From the IMG/VR virus record IMGVR_UViG_3300020438_003889: a DNA stretch of 20,000 nucleotides; one strand, written 5' to 3'. Position 1 is the stretch's first letter, and the number at the start of each line of letters is the position of its first letter. Shown here one piece after another: positions 1 to 9,922 of this stretch. The DNA is from an uncultured virus (IMG/VR IMGVR_UViG_3300020438_003889) (Duplodnaviria; Heunggongvirae; Uroviricota; Caudoviricetes). The position numbers were made by a program, and so were the translations under genes. The notes beneath the pieces are model-generated. The model made no database searches. It saw only the letters and a list, made by a program, of their open reading frames with translations, and was not told the origin of the DNA.

Positions 1-3000
1 GGTCCATATTTGTCTTCCCATTTAGCAGGCTTTTCAGAATGTCCTAACATTTCCCATGGATGAGTATGAGGTCTATCAGTATCAAAATAGTAATTAAATA
101 TTCCTCTCCAATATCCTGCTTCGTTATCTGTTCCGTTGATATCTTTACTTGCAGAATAGTTGAAAGTGAACGGATCAGAATCTACATATCCCGAATTAGT
201 TCTAAAGTCTACATTGTTTCTTCCTGCCCATATATAAAAGTCTTCACTCATTACTCCATTGACTTCATTCCTTGTAAACAGATTAGTACTGTGAGCACCA
301 GGAAGTACACTATGAATATTAAGTAAATCTTTGTTGTATGTTGATTTAATATTGTTGTAAATTCTTTTTTCTAATTCTAAAAGTAAATCATCTCTGAAAT
401 CACCGTATGCAATAGACCTAGAACCATCGTGTCCAACAATTACTTGTTGTGCTGTTCTATACGAGTTGTCAGTTTCTAGTGCCGGTGTAAACTTAGGATA
501 CATACCTAATTTTGTCGGAGTAGGTGGAATGTAACTTCCTTCAGTATTGGAATAATCTTTAATTTTGATAATGTCGCCGGTTGCAAGTGCTGATACAAAA
601 TGTATACTGTCAACAGTTGTGCTAAAAGTATAATCAGTACCTAATAATAATTGTATATCATTTTTATAAACGTATACTGCTCTGTTGCTTAATACTGTTG
701 GATCAAAAATACTATCAATTGAATATTCTGTTGCTGACGGATCTTGTACTGTATATTTTCTTTCAGTTTTGGATTCTCCAAATCCAATCATATCTTCATA
801 ATAAAAAGGTGATGCAACATTTTTTGCATACGTCATTTCAGTTAAAATTTCATCAACTCTATCTGCAACGTTACCTTCGTATGTTGATCCTGTCGCCTGT
901 GTTAAAAAATTTTCTTTAAATTTTTGATATTCTAAGTTCGAATGGTCTAATGCTGTAATAAAGTTTGCTTCTTTGTCAATTAAGTTGAACATCGCAGAAG
1001 TTATTGAACCTGCATGATTTTGTAGTGCACCACCTGTTAAGAATGATTCCGGTTTGTCTCTTAAATTGGTAGGTCCTGGTATAACACCTGTAATATCAGT
1101 TGATCTGTTACTTACGTTGATAATATGATTAGAGATTTGTCCTAATGTAAATTCGTTCAACGAGTCATTAAGAGAATTGTTTGATAGTATATCTGGTATC
1201 TCATATGCACCTTTGTCTTTAAGTTTTGGTGCTGTTGACCAACAGAATAAAGATACAATATCGTGTAATTTTAATTCTTTAGCAAATTTAACAAATTTGT
1301 TTGATGTTCCGTTTACTAGTGTAAAATCTGTGTTAATTTTTTTAATTACACCATTTACTTTTACAGCAACTTCTAAATCAGTTAACGATGCTGAATTTTT
1401 ATAAACATCAACTGCAAATAATTTTTTTTCTGTTGCTGTTGCAAAATGAGTTCTTTTTACTCTTTGTTTTGATTCTGTTAATCTTTCTTTCCAGTTTGTT
1501 CTAGGATTGTAAGTTGTTAATCCTGTAATTTCATGTGTGAATCCTGTTGATGTTGTTTGAGTAATAAAATCATCACCTGATTTATACTTAAATGTTCCAC
1601 TGTTAACATCAGATTCAAAAACTAAATCACCAACATTGTTAATTGTATTATATTTTACTTGTAATCCTAAAACGGTGTCTGTTATTGCACCTGCTGATAT
1701 TTTATAAGAAAATAATTCCGAACCTGCAAAGTTTGTAGATGAGTATATTGAATCATCGCTGTAACTGATTCCGTTTTTGTCAAATACATCAAACAACGGT
1801 TGTTGATTTAATTTTGTTTTCTTTTGACCTTCTATCCATTGGCTTAAATTTTTATCAGGCCCGGCAGTAGTTGAAAAGTGTAAAGTTTTACCTTGATTTT
1901 TTTCTCCAAATTCAACGTATACTTGTTCTCCGTCAACTGGGTATGTATCATTGATTTCTGCTAGTTGCAAAGCAATAACTGTTGACCCTGCTACCTTAAC
2001 AAAATTAACTTCGTAAATTTTATTTTTAACAAGTTTATCTGTGTCAGCAGTAAACAATATTCTCATACCGTTTGTTACTTCTAGACCGTCAACATAATAA
2101 CCTGTTTGGTTAACCATAGATGAGAATACATCAGTTGTTACATCATCAACAAGTGCAACTGATTTTTTTGCTATTGTACCGTAATTAAACAATTGAAGAC
2201 CAGAATCAAATTCTATAATTGGTCTTTTTGCTCTGTCATCTTCTGACAATGTAAATTCTGATCCGTTTGCTGTTGCTGTTGCTTCAATTACAGATTTATG
2301 AAACCATCTGTTGTATCTTGACCAAGCATTTTGATCTACTGAATCACGTTTAATTGTAATGTAATCATGTTTGTCCGGTCTATAGAATGATTTTGCATAT
2401 GGTCTTGAATCAAAGCCAACTGAATCATATAATATTGTAGTTTCTGTTGCATATGTTTCTGGAGTAATTAAACTGTCAACATCAGTTAATGTAATTTTAC
2501 TTCCAACACCCTCGATGTAAAAAGATTTGTCTCCGTATTTTTCTGTATCAATTACATTTGATCCAAATCTTATTTTCATTCCATTGGATAAAACTGTTCC
2601 ATTACACATTGTATAGTTTACTGCACCTACAATATCTTCTGTTGTATTAATTTTAGTTGTTGACGTTTCTGTTTGAATTTTTATAACACCGTGCATCGCT
2701 CCATGATTACCACATTGATAAAACAAAGAGTCAGGAGCATCTGTTGGTACTGTAAATGTTATTGTTCCTTTATCTATACCGTCGTTTGTTACTCCTTTTG
2801 TGTACAATATTGATGTACTACCGTCTGATGCTTTACCCGACGACACCGGCTCTGTCATTATCCACAACGGATGTCCGACTGCGTCAATTTTAAATTTATA
2901 TGTGTTACCTCTGTATAAAGTTATTGCAGGATTATCTTTGGCTTCATGAGTTGAAAATCTATACACTCCAACTTTTGGAACAGTTACCGCAATCTCTGTT

Positions 3001-3536
3001 GTTGAACCTGTCGCAATTTTATCAACTAATATTGCTGTTGGACCATTTGGCAACCAATAGTATTCTCTAAAGTTAACAAGTTTATCTGTGTCAACATACG
3101 GATTCCAAGAATATGTTTTCTCTTTTGTTAATCTGTCATGATTGTCCACTGGAGCATTAAAATAACCTAATTGATTTAAAAAATCATCATAAGTTGCTGT
3201 AAATTTAATTTTTTCATCAATAGTAGTTGATGTTGTGTCAACATCTGCAACAGTTACAGTTGGTTCTAACTGATACTGTGTTCTGCTTTTAGTTGTTGCA
3301 CCTAAGTAATTGTCTGTTATATTCCTAGTATAAGAATCTAATCTTCCAATATAACCATCTAGTCGTTCAAGTTTTCCTTTTTGTATTGCAGGATCTAGTG
3401 TGCTACTTAAAAATTTTTCGTTTGCGTCTGTTCTGTAGTAATGAGGAAGATGTGCAACGGTTCTTCTATATTCACGACCGTTTTTGTCTGTGACTACTTC
3501 GTATCTTTTTGTGCTGTCAATTGCGTTGTCTGCCAT
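1..3536 (-). CDS. Very large virion/baseplate structural protein (C-terminus runs off the left edge; >=1178 aa) containing a cupredoxin-like domain
   Basis: Not in the ORF track. ATG at 3536-3534, 2 nt after the gp6 stop. Hand translation MADNAIDSTKRYEVVTDKNGREYRRTVAHLPHYYRTDANEKFLSSTLD...REYYWLPNGP...NAWSRYNRWFHKSVI...PTPTKLGMYPKFTP...DTDRPHTHPWEMLGHSEKPAKWEDKYG stays open to position 3. Position after gp6 suggests a wedge-associated (gp7-like) role, which is inference. Confidence 0.85.
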   Translation of the reverse strand, partial: MADNAIDSTKRYEVVTDKNGREYRRTVAHLPHYYRTDANEKFLSSTLDPAIQKGKLERLDGYIGRLDSYTRNITDNYLGATTKSRTQYQLEPTVTVADVDTTSTTIDEKIKFTATYDDFLNQLGYFNAPVDNHDRLTKEKTYSWNPYVDTDKLVNFREYYWLPNGPTAILVDKIATGSTTEIAVTVPKVGVYRFSTHEAKDNPAITLYRGNTYKFKIDAVGHPLWIMTEPVSSGKASDGSTSILYTKGVTNDGIDKGTITFTVPTDAPDSLFYQCGNHGAMHGVIKIQTETSTTKINTTEDIVGAVNYTMCNGTVLSNGMKIRFGSNVIDTEKYGDKSFYIEGVGSKITLTDVDSLITPETYATETTILYDSVGFDSRPYAKSFYRPDKHDYITIKRDSVDQNAWSRYNRWFHKSVIEATATANGSEFTLSEDDRAKRPIIEFDSGLQLFNYGTIAKKSVALVDDVTTDVFSSMVNQTGYYVDGLEVTNGMRILFTADTDKLVKNKIYEVNFVKVAGSTVIALQLAEINDTYPVDGEQVYVEFGEKNQGKTLHFSTTAGPDKNLSQWIEGQKKTKLNQQPLFDVFDKNGISYSDDSIYSSTNFAGSELFSYKISAGAITDTVLGLQVKYNTINNVGDLVFESDVNSGTFKYKSGDDFITQTTSTGFTHEITGLTTYNPRTNWKERLTESKQRVKRTHFATATEKKLFAVDVYKNSASLTDLEVAVKVNGVIKKINTDFTLVNGTSNKFVKFAKELKLHDIVSLFCWSTAPKLKDKGAYEIPDILSNNSLNDSLNEFTLGQISNHIINVSNRSTDITGVIPGPTNLRDKPESFLTGGALQNHAGSITSAMFNLIDKEANFITALDHSNLEYQKFKENFLTQATGSTYEGNVADRVDEILTEMTYAKNVASPFYYEDMIGFGESKTERKYTVQDPSATEYSIDSIFDPTVLSNRAVYVYKNDIQLLLGTDYTFSTTVDSIHFVSALATGDIIKIKDYSNTEGSYIPPTPTKLGMYPKFTPALETDNSYRTAQQVIVGHDGSRSIAYGDFRDDLLLELEKRIYNNIKSTYNKDLLNIHSVLPGAHSTNLFTRNEVNGVMSEDFYIWAGRNNVDFRTNSGYVDSDPFTFNYSASKDINGTDNEAGYWRGIFNYYFDTDRPHTHPWEMLGHSEKPAKWEDKYG

Positions 3537-3538
3537 CT

Positions 3539-6500
3539 TTAGTATCCAGCACCACTAACTGTTCCTGTTGAAGTGGATCCTGATACTGCTGATGTAGACC
3601 TTGTAGTCGTTGTTGTTGAAGTGGTCGATGTTACAACTGTTCCTGATGCTTGGAGTTGGTTTGCTCCTATGGCATCAATTATTGATACATCATCAACGGT
3701 GGCCCCACTAATGAATATTTCGTTTGATGTTCCTGATATTTGAAATAATGATCCAAACACTTGTCCTGTTTGATTTGGTACTATTACAACTGTTAATAAA
3801 TGCGGTGCTAGTCTATTGTGAACGTGTGCCGCAAGTTCTGTAAAGTAAAAAGAATCTCCAAAATCAAAATTATTCAATGCAAAAAATTGATCTATTGTAT
3901 CAACAACCATTGTTTTTATAATTGCATTTGAGATATTTGATTCAGGATTTTTTACAACTTTAAATGTTGCTTGAAATTCTTCTTCTGATTTTGTTCCAAA
4001 TAATATTTTGTAAGATACAGGATGATAAATTATTTGATCTGATAATCCTTTTACTGGATTTAATTTGTTTGAATAACTTATTCTTAATTGATCCGATGTA
4101 CTCGGTGCTGGTTTTGTGCCACCTTGTTTAAGCCATTTTCTAAATAATGTATCATAAGATCTTTCTAATAGATATATGTCAACTATGTTTGATACCGAAG
4201 GATCTATTCTTGTATTGTTTCCAGCAAAATGCTGATACTGGAAGTACAATGACGATCTTCCTTTTCGTGCATAATAATCTGTTGTTGTAACTAAAGAATT
4301 TGTTGTAGAACTATACTTTTTAATTACGTTTTCTGCTGTGTCGTAAAAATAAAATAACTGTCCGTCTGTATATGATCCAGGTAATGTAATACTAGATTCG
4401 TTCTGCGTTACGATAAAATTAGTTGCACCATACGGTCTCCATCTTTCAATGTTGTTATCTGTTGATATGAATTTTTCATAGAACACCCATTTAGTTGCTT
4501 CGCTTAATGTAGGCTCAATCATTATTTCAAATAATTCAGGATTATCAACAACACCGTCATCGTCTGAATCAAAGAAACCAACTTTTACTTTTCTGTTATC
4601 TTGATACCCATCTGCTTCTGATATAGTGTCAACTACTTGCCAAACATTTGGATAACCTACTGCGTTTCCTGTACTAACAAGTGTATTGTTTTTTAATAGT
4701 TTAATTGTATCTTTTTTGGTTTGTCCTGATGTATAATCGTAAATTTTTTCTTGTGGATCAAAATGAAATTTGTTTTGTCCTGCTGATTCAAATATGTAAT
4801 CTAATTTTCTGTATGATACTGTGTATGTTGATCCGTCATTAGTAAAATTAAACCACCAACTTTGATCTAAATTTGTTCCTGATTCATCTCCCGCAAACCC
4901 TAAACTAAACGTATTGTTTGAACTAACATCTGTTGTTTTAATAACTTTCCATGTACCTGTTGTTTCGTCATACCTTAATGCAAAATTTTCATATGCTGTA
5001 ATTCTATTTTGTAGATCTGCTTTTAATGTTGTACCTAATGCTGTTGCTAGTTGTGGAATAACTGCTTTTACGACTGCATTGTCTGGAATAACATCTGCTA
5101 ATGTTATTGGTCCTAATCCCGACTCTAAATTTCCAACACCACCGTTTGCTCCATCTCCAACAACTGAGGCTATTTTTGCCCAATGTCTATCTTGTGCTTC
5201 GTCTGTTGCTGAATCAACTAATTTTCCATTTTTAAATTTTCTCGTATCCGGTGAAGTAAATTTAACCAACGCACCTGGTTTTATGTATTTTAAATTTGAT
5301 GTTGCATATTGACCTACTACTAAAGGACCAGCCGAATAAATGTATCCAGTGTTTGTGTTCGTACTTGTTGTTGTACTGTTCCAAGACGTTGTTAACAATG
5401 AGAGATCTTTTGCTCCATACTTGTTATAATAAAACTGTCTTGAGTATGGTAATTTTATTTTTGTTTCTATTTTTGTGTTAAGTGTGTTAAGAATATCATT
5501 CTTGTTATTAAATGTAAAAGTAAATGAAGGTAATGTTTCTTCTTTATAAAGAACACCGTCATCGGCAATTACATTAACATTTGAATATGATCCTGTTGGG
5601 TCAACAATTTCTTTTGCTCTTGATATACCCGATGCCGTTCTGTTAACAGATCTAATTTTAATAATTTCTTGTGATGCTTTTAATGGTACAACATTGTAAT
5701 CTTCTGCTGTAATCATTCTATCTTGTGAATAATAAACCTGTGGTGCTTTTTCTCTAATTGATGCACTTGATTCTGATTGTGCAGAATTATAAAGTGTTTG
5801 TTGCAAACTTGCTCCAACAGTTAATGTTTGATTTGCGCCATTCTTATCTAAGTATGGAATATTAAATTGTATACTTTGCATATCTGCAGGTTGAATTGTG
5901 TATCTTTCATTAGCACTTGTTCTGTAGTATGCTCTGAATCTTCCCATAGGAATATCTGCAAAGTTGCCATCGCCAAATACTAGATCAACACTATCATTTG
6001 CTCTAGTAACTGTGTTGTAAATATTTCTCACACTTGATTCAACTGAATTATAAATTGCGTTGTTACCTGCAAGTGCTGGAACGTTTTTCCATAAAGAATA
6101 AGGTTGGCCAAAATCATCTAATTGCCATAACCAGACGTCTGAATCATTAATATTATTAGCACCTAACGGTTGTACTAAATTTGTTGTTGAATCTGTTATT
6201 GTAAAATCTTCTGCTTGTAATGTTCCTTCTTTGAACAAAGCAAAAAATCCTGTGTTGTTTGACGAATCACCTGCGCCGTCAGTCCTATATACGTATGAGA
6301 ACGAACCACCCGGTAGAGGTAATCTTTCATAAATGTAATCTTGTTTAAGTATTGTTGATGGAACAATTTCAAATTTTCTTGTTATACCGCTCACCGGTCT
6401 TGAAAAAGTATACATTGGTACATCTGTATTGCTAGATCTTGTTGCGTAAATTTCTGTAGATATGTTTCCAATCTTACCTGACTCTAATGGTTTTCCAAAA

Positions 6501-7003
6501 GTCTGTCCTGTTTGATTTAATCCTTCAAGAATATTAATAAAGTGTTCTCTGTAATTTGGATTTGCCGCATCATTCCAACGTATTGTTAATCCTGCTAGAC
6601 TTTGTCCTGCACTATCTTTTATTTCTTCAGTGGTTGATACTGATGTAAATTTTAACATTCCAACTGCCGGTTTATTTCTAGCGGCATTGTAGTTGATAAG
6701 TCTTGCTAATCTTAAAACTGAATCTCTTCTTGATGCTGTTTCTAGGAAATTTTCTCTTGCATTTAAATCAACTCTGAACGATAATGATTGTGCCACATAA
6801 GCAATTAGATCTAATAGTGCAACATACTCAGAACTTTCAACAAAGTCGTTAAAATCATCTGGATAATTTTCTTGCAGATATGCAACCATAGTTCTACGCA
6901 TGGTTTCAAAATCATAAGATTTGAAATCCGCTGACTGGAAAGCAGTATAGATCTTTCTCCAATCCTCTGCTACTAATAATCTGTTTTGTCTTTTTGTGGC
7001 CAT
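3539..7003 (-). CDS. gp6: Baseplate wedge subunit, T4 gp6-like (1154 aa)
   Basis: N-terminal gp6/baseplate-J features (DFKSYDFETMRRTMVAYL, ALLDLIAY, ENFLETASRRDSVLRLARLINY), LVFGDGNFADIP and ESSASIREKAPQVYYSQDRMITAEDY. Directly follows gp25. Confidence 0.88.
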   Translation of the reverse strand: MATKRQNRLLVAEDWRKIYTAFQSADFKSYDFETMRRTMVAYLQENYPDDFNDFVESSEYVALLDLIAYVAQSLSFRVDLNARENFLETASRRDSVLRLARLINYNAARNKPAVGMLKFTSVSTTEEIKDSAGQSLAGLTIRWNDAANPNYREHFINILEGLNQTGQTFGKPLESGKIGNISTEIYATRSSNTDVPMYTFSRPVSGITRKFEIVPSTILKQDYIYERLPLPGGSFSYVYRTDGAGDSSNNTGFFALFKEGTLQAEDFTITDSTTNLVQPLGANNINDSDVWLWQLDDFGQPYSLWKNVPALAGNNAIYNSVESSVRNIYNTVTRANDSVDLVFGDGNFADIPMGRFRAYYRTSANERYTIQPADMQSIQFNIPYLDKNGANQTLTVGASLQQTLYNSAQSESSASIREKAPQVYYSQDRMITAEDYNVVPLKASQEIIKIRSVNRTASGISRAKEIVDPTGSYSNVNVIADDGVLYKEETLPSFTFTFNNKNDILNTLNTKIETKIKLPYSRQFYYNKYGAKDLSLLTTSWNSTTTSTNTNTGYIYSAGPLVVGQYATSNLKYIKPGALVKFTSPDTRKFKNGKLVDSATDEAQDRHWAKIASVVGDGANGGVGNLESGLGPITLADVIPDNAVVKAVIPQLATALGTTLKADLQNRITAYENFALRYDETTGTWKVIKTTDVSSNNTFSLGFAGDESGTNLDQSWWFNFTNDGSTYTVSYRKLDYIFESAGQNKFHFDPQEKIYDYTSGQTKKDTIKLLKNNTLVSTGNAVGYPNVWQVVDTISEADGYQDNRKVKVGFFDSDDDGVVDNPELFEIMIEPTLSEATKWVFYEKFISTDNNIERWRPYGATNFIVTQNESSITLPGSYTDGQLFYFYDTAENVIKKYSSTTNSLVTTTDYYARKGRSSLYFQYQHFAGNNTRIDPSVSNIVDIYLLERSYDTLFRKWLKQGGTKPAPSTSDQLRISYSNKLNPVKGLSDQIIYHPVSYKILFGTKSEEEFQATFKVVKNPESNISNAIIKTMVVDTIDQFFALNNFDFGDSFYFTELAAHVHNRLAPHLLTVVIVPNQTGQVFGSLFQISGTSNEIFISGATVDDVSIIDAIGANQLQASGTVVTSTTSTTTTTRSTSAVSGSTSTGTVSGAGY

Positions 7004-7019
7004 AATACTTTATAAACGA

Positions 7020-7027
7020 TATTTATA
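7020..7027 (-). promoter_or_regulatory. T4-type late promoter TATAAATA upstream of gp6
   Basis: Plus strand tatttata at 7020-7027 reads TATAAATA on minus, in the gp25-gp6 gap, 16 nt before the ATG. A gp55 sigma factor is encoded in the window. Confidence 0.8.
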
Positions 7028-7047
7028 GTATTAATTATGTGCGTATA

Positions 7048-7452
7048 TTAAGATAGGCGTAAAGATGTATCTCTGTCGAATTTGAATACCAACTTTTCAG
7101 TGATATTGTACGGAACATATGTCAAAGACGCCTGAATTGCAATACCGTGCTCATATTCTTCTACTATAATTTCATTAGTTGCTAGACGCTGATCTGCATT
7201 TAATTGCTCAGTTACGTCATCAATAATTAATTGTCTTGTTGCTTCTGTTAATGGCTCAAATAAGGCATCGTATATAATAGTACCAAAAGCAGGATTTTCT
7301 ACTCGTTCACCTTTTCTCACAGACAATCTGTTCATTAAATCTTGTTTGATTAACTCAAAATCATACAATTTAAAGTTGGAATTATCTGCACGTGAACTAA
7401 ACCCTTTGTATGCATTTCCTCTTTTAGGTATGTTGTTTTTCTCGTCAGCCAT
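7048..7452 (-). CDS. gp25: Baseplate wedge/sheath initiator, gp25 (GPW_gp25) family
   Basis: LIKQDLMNRLSVRKGERVENPAFGTIIYDALFEP matches the gp25 motif (GER..P.FG....LFEP). AAGGA Shine-Dalgarno upstream. Confidence 0.92.
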   Translation of the reverse strand: MADEKNNIPKRGNAYKGFSSRADNSNFKLYDFELIKQDLMNRLSVRKGERVENPAFGTIIYDALFEPLTEATRQLIIDDVTEQLNADQRLATNEIIVEEYEHGIAIQASLTYVPYNITEKLVFKFDRDTSLRLS

Positions 7453-7467
7453 TATTCATTGTCCTTT

Positions 7468-9918
7468 TTATTTTTTCTTCTGCCAACCCCAACCTTCGCC
7501 GGATTGTGCTTTTTTTAATGCTTCGTCTTGTGCTTTTTTAAAGTTTTCTTTACCACCCCATTCAGCATACATATCGTCACTATATAACTTATCAATATCA
7601 TAAGATCCACTACTTGAACCAGTACTACTAGTATCAATATTTGAAAACATATCTGTATCAAACCCAAATATTTTTCCTATGTTTTTACTCACTGATGCTA
7701 AATTTTTGCCCAGTTTGTCTTTTATTGTATTAGTTTCAGTAACTGCAACCACTTTATTTCCTACTATATGTTTGTGTACACTCTTTATCTTATTTACATC
7801 AACTGAGATTGACTCTTTTGTGATCGGGCCTTCTAGATGTGGTGAAACTATGGTTTCTGAATTTTTAACTATGGAATCTCCTAACACATTGGCAATACTT
7901 TTTGCACCTTCTGTTAATTTAGATAAATCTCCATCTAACGGAAGATTTTTAGTTTTGATTAGTTTTGATAGATCACCTTTTACGTTCAACAATCCATCTG
8001 TGTTTACAAAAACTTTATCTTTGAACATATTTGTTGCATCACCTGAAACCAACGAATCTACAGATTCTTTAAACATAGACGAAATTTCATTTGCTGACGA
8101 TTTTATTTTATTAATATCAAACGGACCAACTGGTTTAATATCTTTTCCAAAATTATTCCATGGACCTGGAGCCTCTGGTTTTGCGTTTGCTAGATCAAAT
8201 ACTTTGGCATAATCTTTTGCAAATGATTCTGCAACTGATTGAATTTTTTCTATATCAATTGATTTTTCTAAATTCAAAGATTTAATCTTTTCTTCCAAAT
8301 CTGCTTTTACTTGATCTGCTTTGATAACTTCATTTGAACTTGTTCTGTTTGATTGTGCAATACTTTCTGCATTATCAGGATTTTTAGATTTTGCTACAAC
8401 ATCATTGTCTGTTGCTGACGCACCTGCAAATGTATTCATGCCTCTTGTTAATCCATAATGATATTCAAATGGCTCGTGTGTTGGTACTCTCATACCGTCC
8501 ATAGACTCGTTGATGCCATCTTCCCATTTTAAAGGTTTTGGTTTAATTTTATTAGCAGAATTAACATCACCAATCGGTGTAACCAACGTATTTGTTCCTG
8601 CTGGATCTTCAGATAATAAATCTGTTCTTACTAAATTTTTAACAACTTCTGCGTTCGGTGTAATTGTGTTATGGTGAACCTGTGTACCTGCAAGGTGAAC
8701 CTGTCCTCCGGAATGATGTTCTTGACCTGTACCTGCGTAAGATAATATTGCGCCTGCTGGTGCTTTAGTTGATAGCGACCCTCCAACTGCGTGTAATTTT
8801 ATATCATTATCTGCAATTTGCTGAATGTCTCTTCCGTCAACAACAATTTTATCTTTTGCTTTCATTTTAATTTGTCCTTTGGCAAACATATTAATATTTG
8901 CATCACTATGAAAGTTTATGTTGTTTGTTGAACGTACATTTAATCCACCACCTGCGTATATGTCAATTGCTCCGTTGGCCGCTAATTGTACCCAAGATTC
9001 TCCTGTAGCAGATCCAATATAAATTACTCCTTCTGTGTCATGTAATAGTATTTGATGACCTGTTGAAGTTCTTAATCTAATATGCTGATTGTCTTGTTGG
9101 TAATCACCATCGTCCATAACAAATGTATGTCCGGGTAATCTGTTTACTTCTTGGTCTTGTGGATTATCTATTGCACCTAACTTGTATTTTTTTGCTGATG
9201 GAGATCTGTCTAACGGTCCTGGTGTACTAATACCAAACACTGTACTAGGAGATTCTCTTCTTGCTGATGACGTTGTTGTTCCTCTAACATCATCTTGTAT
9301 CAGTCCTTGCTTTCTTAATGTTTCTGCAATCGGGTGTATGGGTTTTGAAATCTTATCGTAATTTCCGCCATTAACATTCCATGCTCTTTTGTTTACTTCT
9401 CCTGCAGGCACAGAACTTGTACCATACACAGTTTCTTTTGATAATCCTGCTGAATGATGACCTTTTACATCTTTTGTTTTAGTTTGTTCAGATGCCGCGA
9501 TGCCAGGAACCATGTGATTTGCATATGCATCTTGAATACATCCTATCCAAAATGCTTGATCAATTTTTCCTTCTGCAAAAATTACAAGTACTCTAGTATC
9601 TATGTCTGGCGGAGTTGCCCACATACCATAAGAGTGTTGTGTGTTTGCATAATCGTAAGGATCAGATTTGTTAGTTGCGTTCAAACTTTTTACACCATAG
9701 AACGGTGTTAGATATTGACAAGTTACTAGATCAGATTGTGCAGGTTCAGTTGTTTTTGATAGAGCAGGAATAACAACTTTAATCCTACCCATTTTCTCTG
9801 GATCATAATTTTGTTTTACAATAGCAACATAAGGACCTGAATCTATACTTGTATACGACTCTTCTTTTTTTGGTGCTTTAGTAGTTGCTACATCTCCACT
9901 TAAATGAATATTTGCCAT
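7468..9918 (-). CDS. gp5: Baseplate central spike, gp5/VgrG-like (OB-fold plus beta-helix, unassigned C-terminal extension)
   Basis: OB-fold motifs DPEKMGRIKVVIP and SYGMWATPPDIDTRVLVIF; GHTFVMDDG, IRLRTSTGHQILLHD and short beta-helix repeats. AGGAGG RBS. Lies next to gp25. Confidence 0.82.
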   Translation of the reverse strand: MANIHLSGDVATTKAPKKEESYTSIDSGPYVAIVKQNYDPEKMGRIKVVIPALSKTTEPAQSDLVTCQYLTPFYGVKSLNATNKSDPYDYANTQHSYGMWATPPDIDTRVLVIFAEGKIDQAFWIGCIQDAYANHMVPGIAASEQTKTKDVKGHHSAGLSKETVYGTSSVPAGEVNKRAWNVNGGNYDKISKPIHPIAETLRKQGLIQDDVRGTTTSSARRESPSTVFGISTPGPLDRSPSAKKYKLGAIDNPQDQEVNRLPGHTFVMDDGDYQQDNQHIRLRTSTGHQILLHDTEGVIYIGSATGESWVQLAANGAIDIYAGGGLNVRSTNNINFHSDANINMFAKGQIKMKAKDKIVVDGRDIQQIADNDIKLHAVGGSLSTKAPAGAILSYAGTGQEHHSGGQVHLAGTQVHHNTITPNAEVVKNLVRTDLLSEDPAGTNTLVTPIGDVNSANKIKPKPLKWEDGINESMDGMRVPTHEPFEYHYGLTRGMNTFAGASATDNDVVAKSKNPDNAESIAQSNRTSSNEVIKADQVKADLEEKIKSLNLEKSIDIEKIQSVAESFAKDYAKVFDLANAKPEAPGPWNNFGKDIKPVGPFDINKIKSSANEISSMFKESVDSLVSGDATNMFKDKVFVNTDGLLNVKGDLSKLIKTKNLPLDGDLSKLTEGAKSIANVLGDSIVKNSETIVSPHLEGPITKESISVDVNKIKSVHKHIVGNKVVAVTETNTIKDKLGKNLASVSKNIGKIFGFDTDMFSNIDTSSTGSSSGSYDIDKLYSDDMYAEWGGKENFKKAQDEALKKAQSGEGWGWQKKK

Positions 9919-9922
9919 CTGC

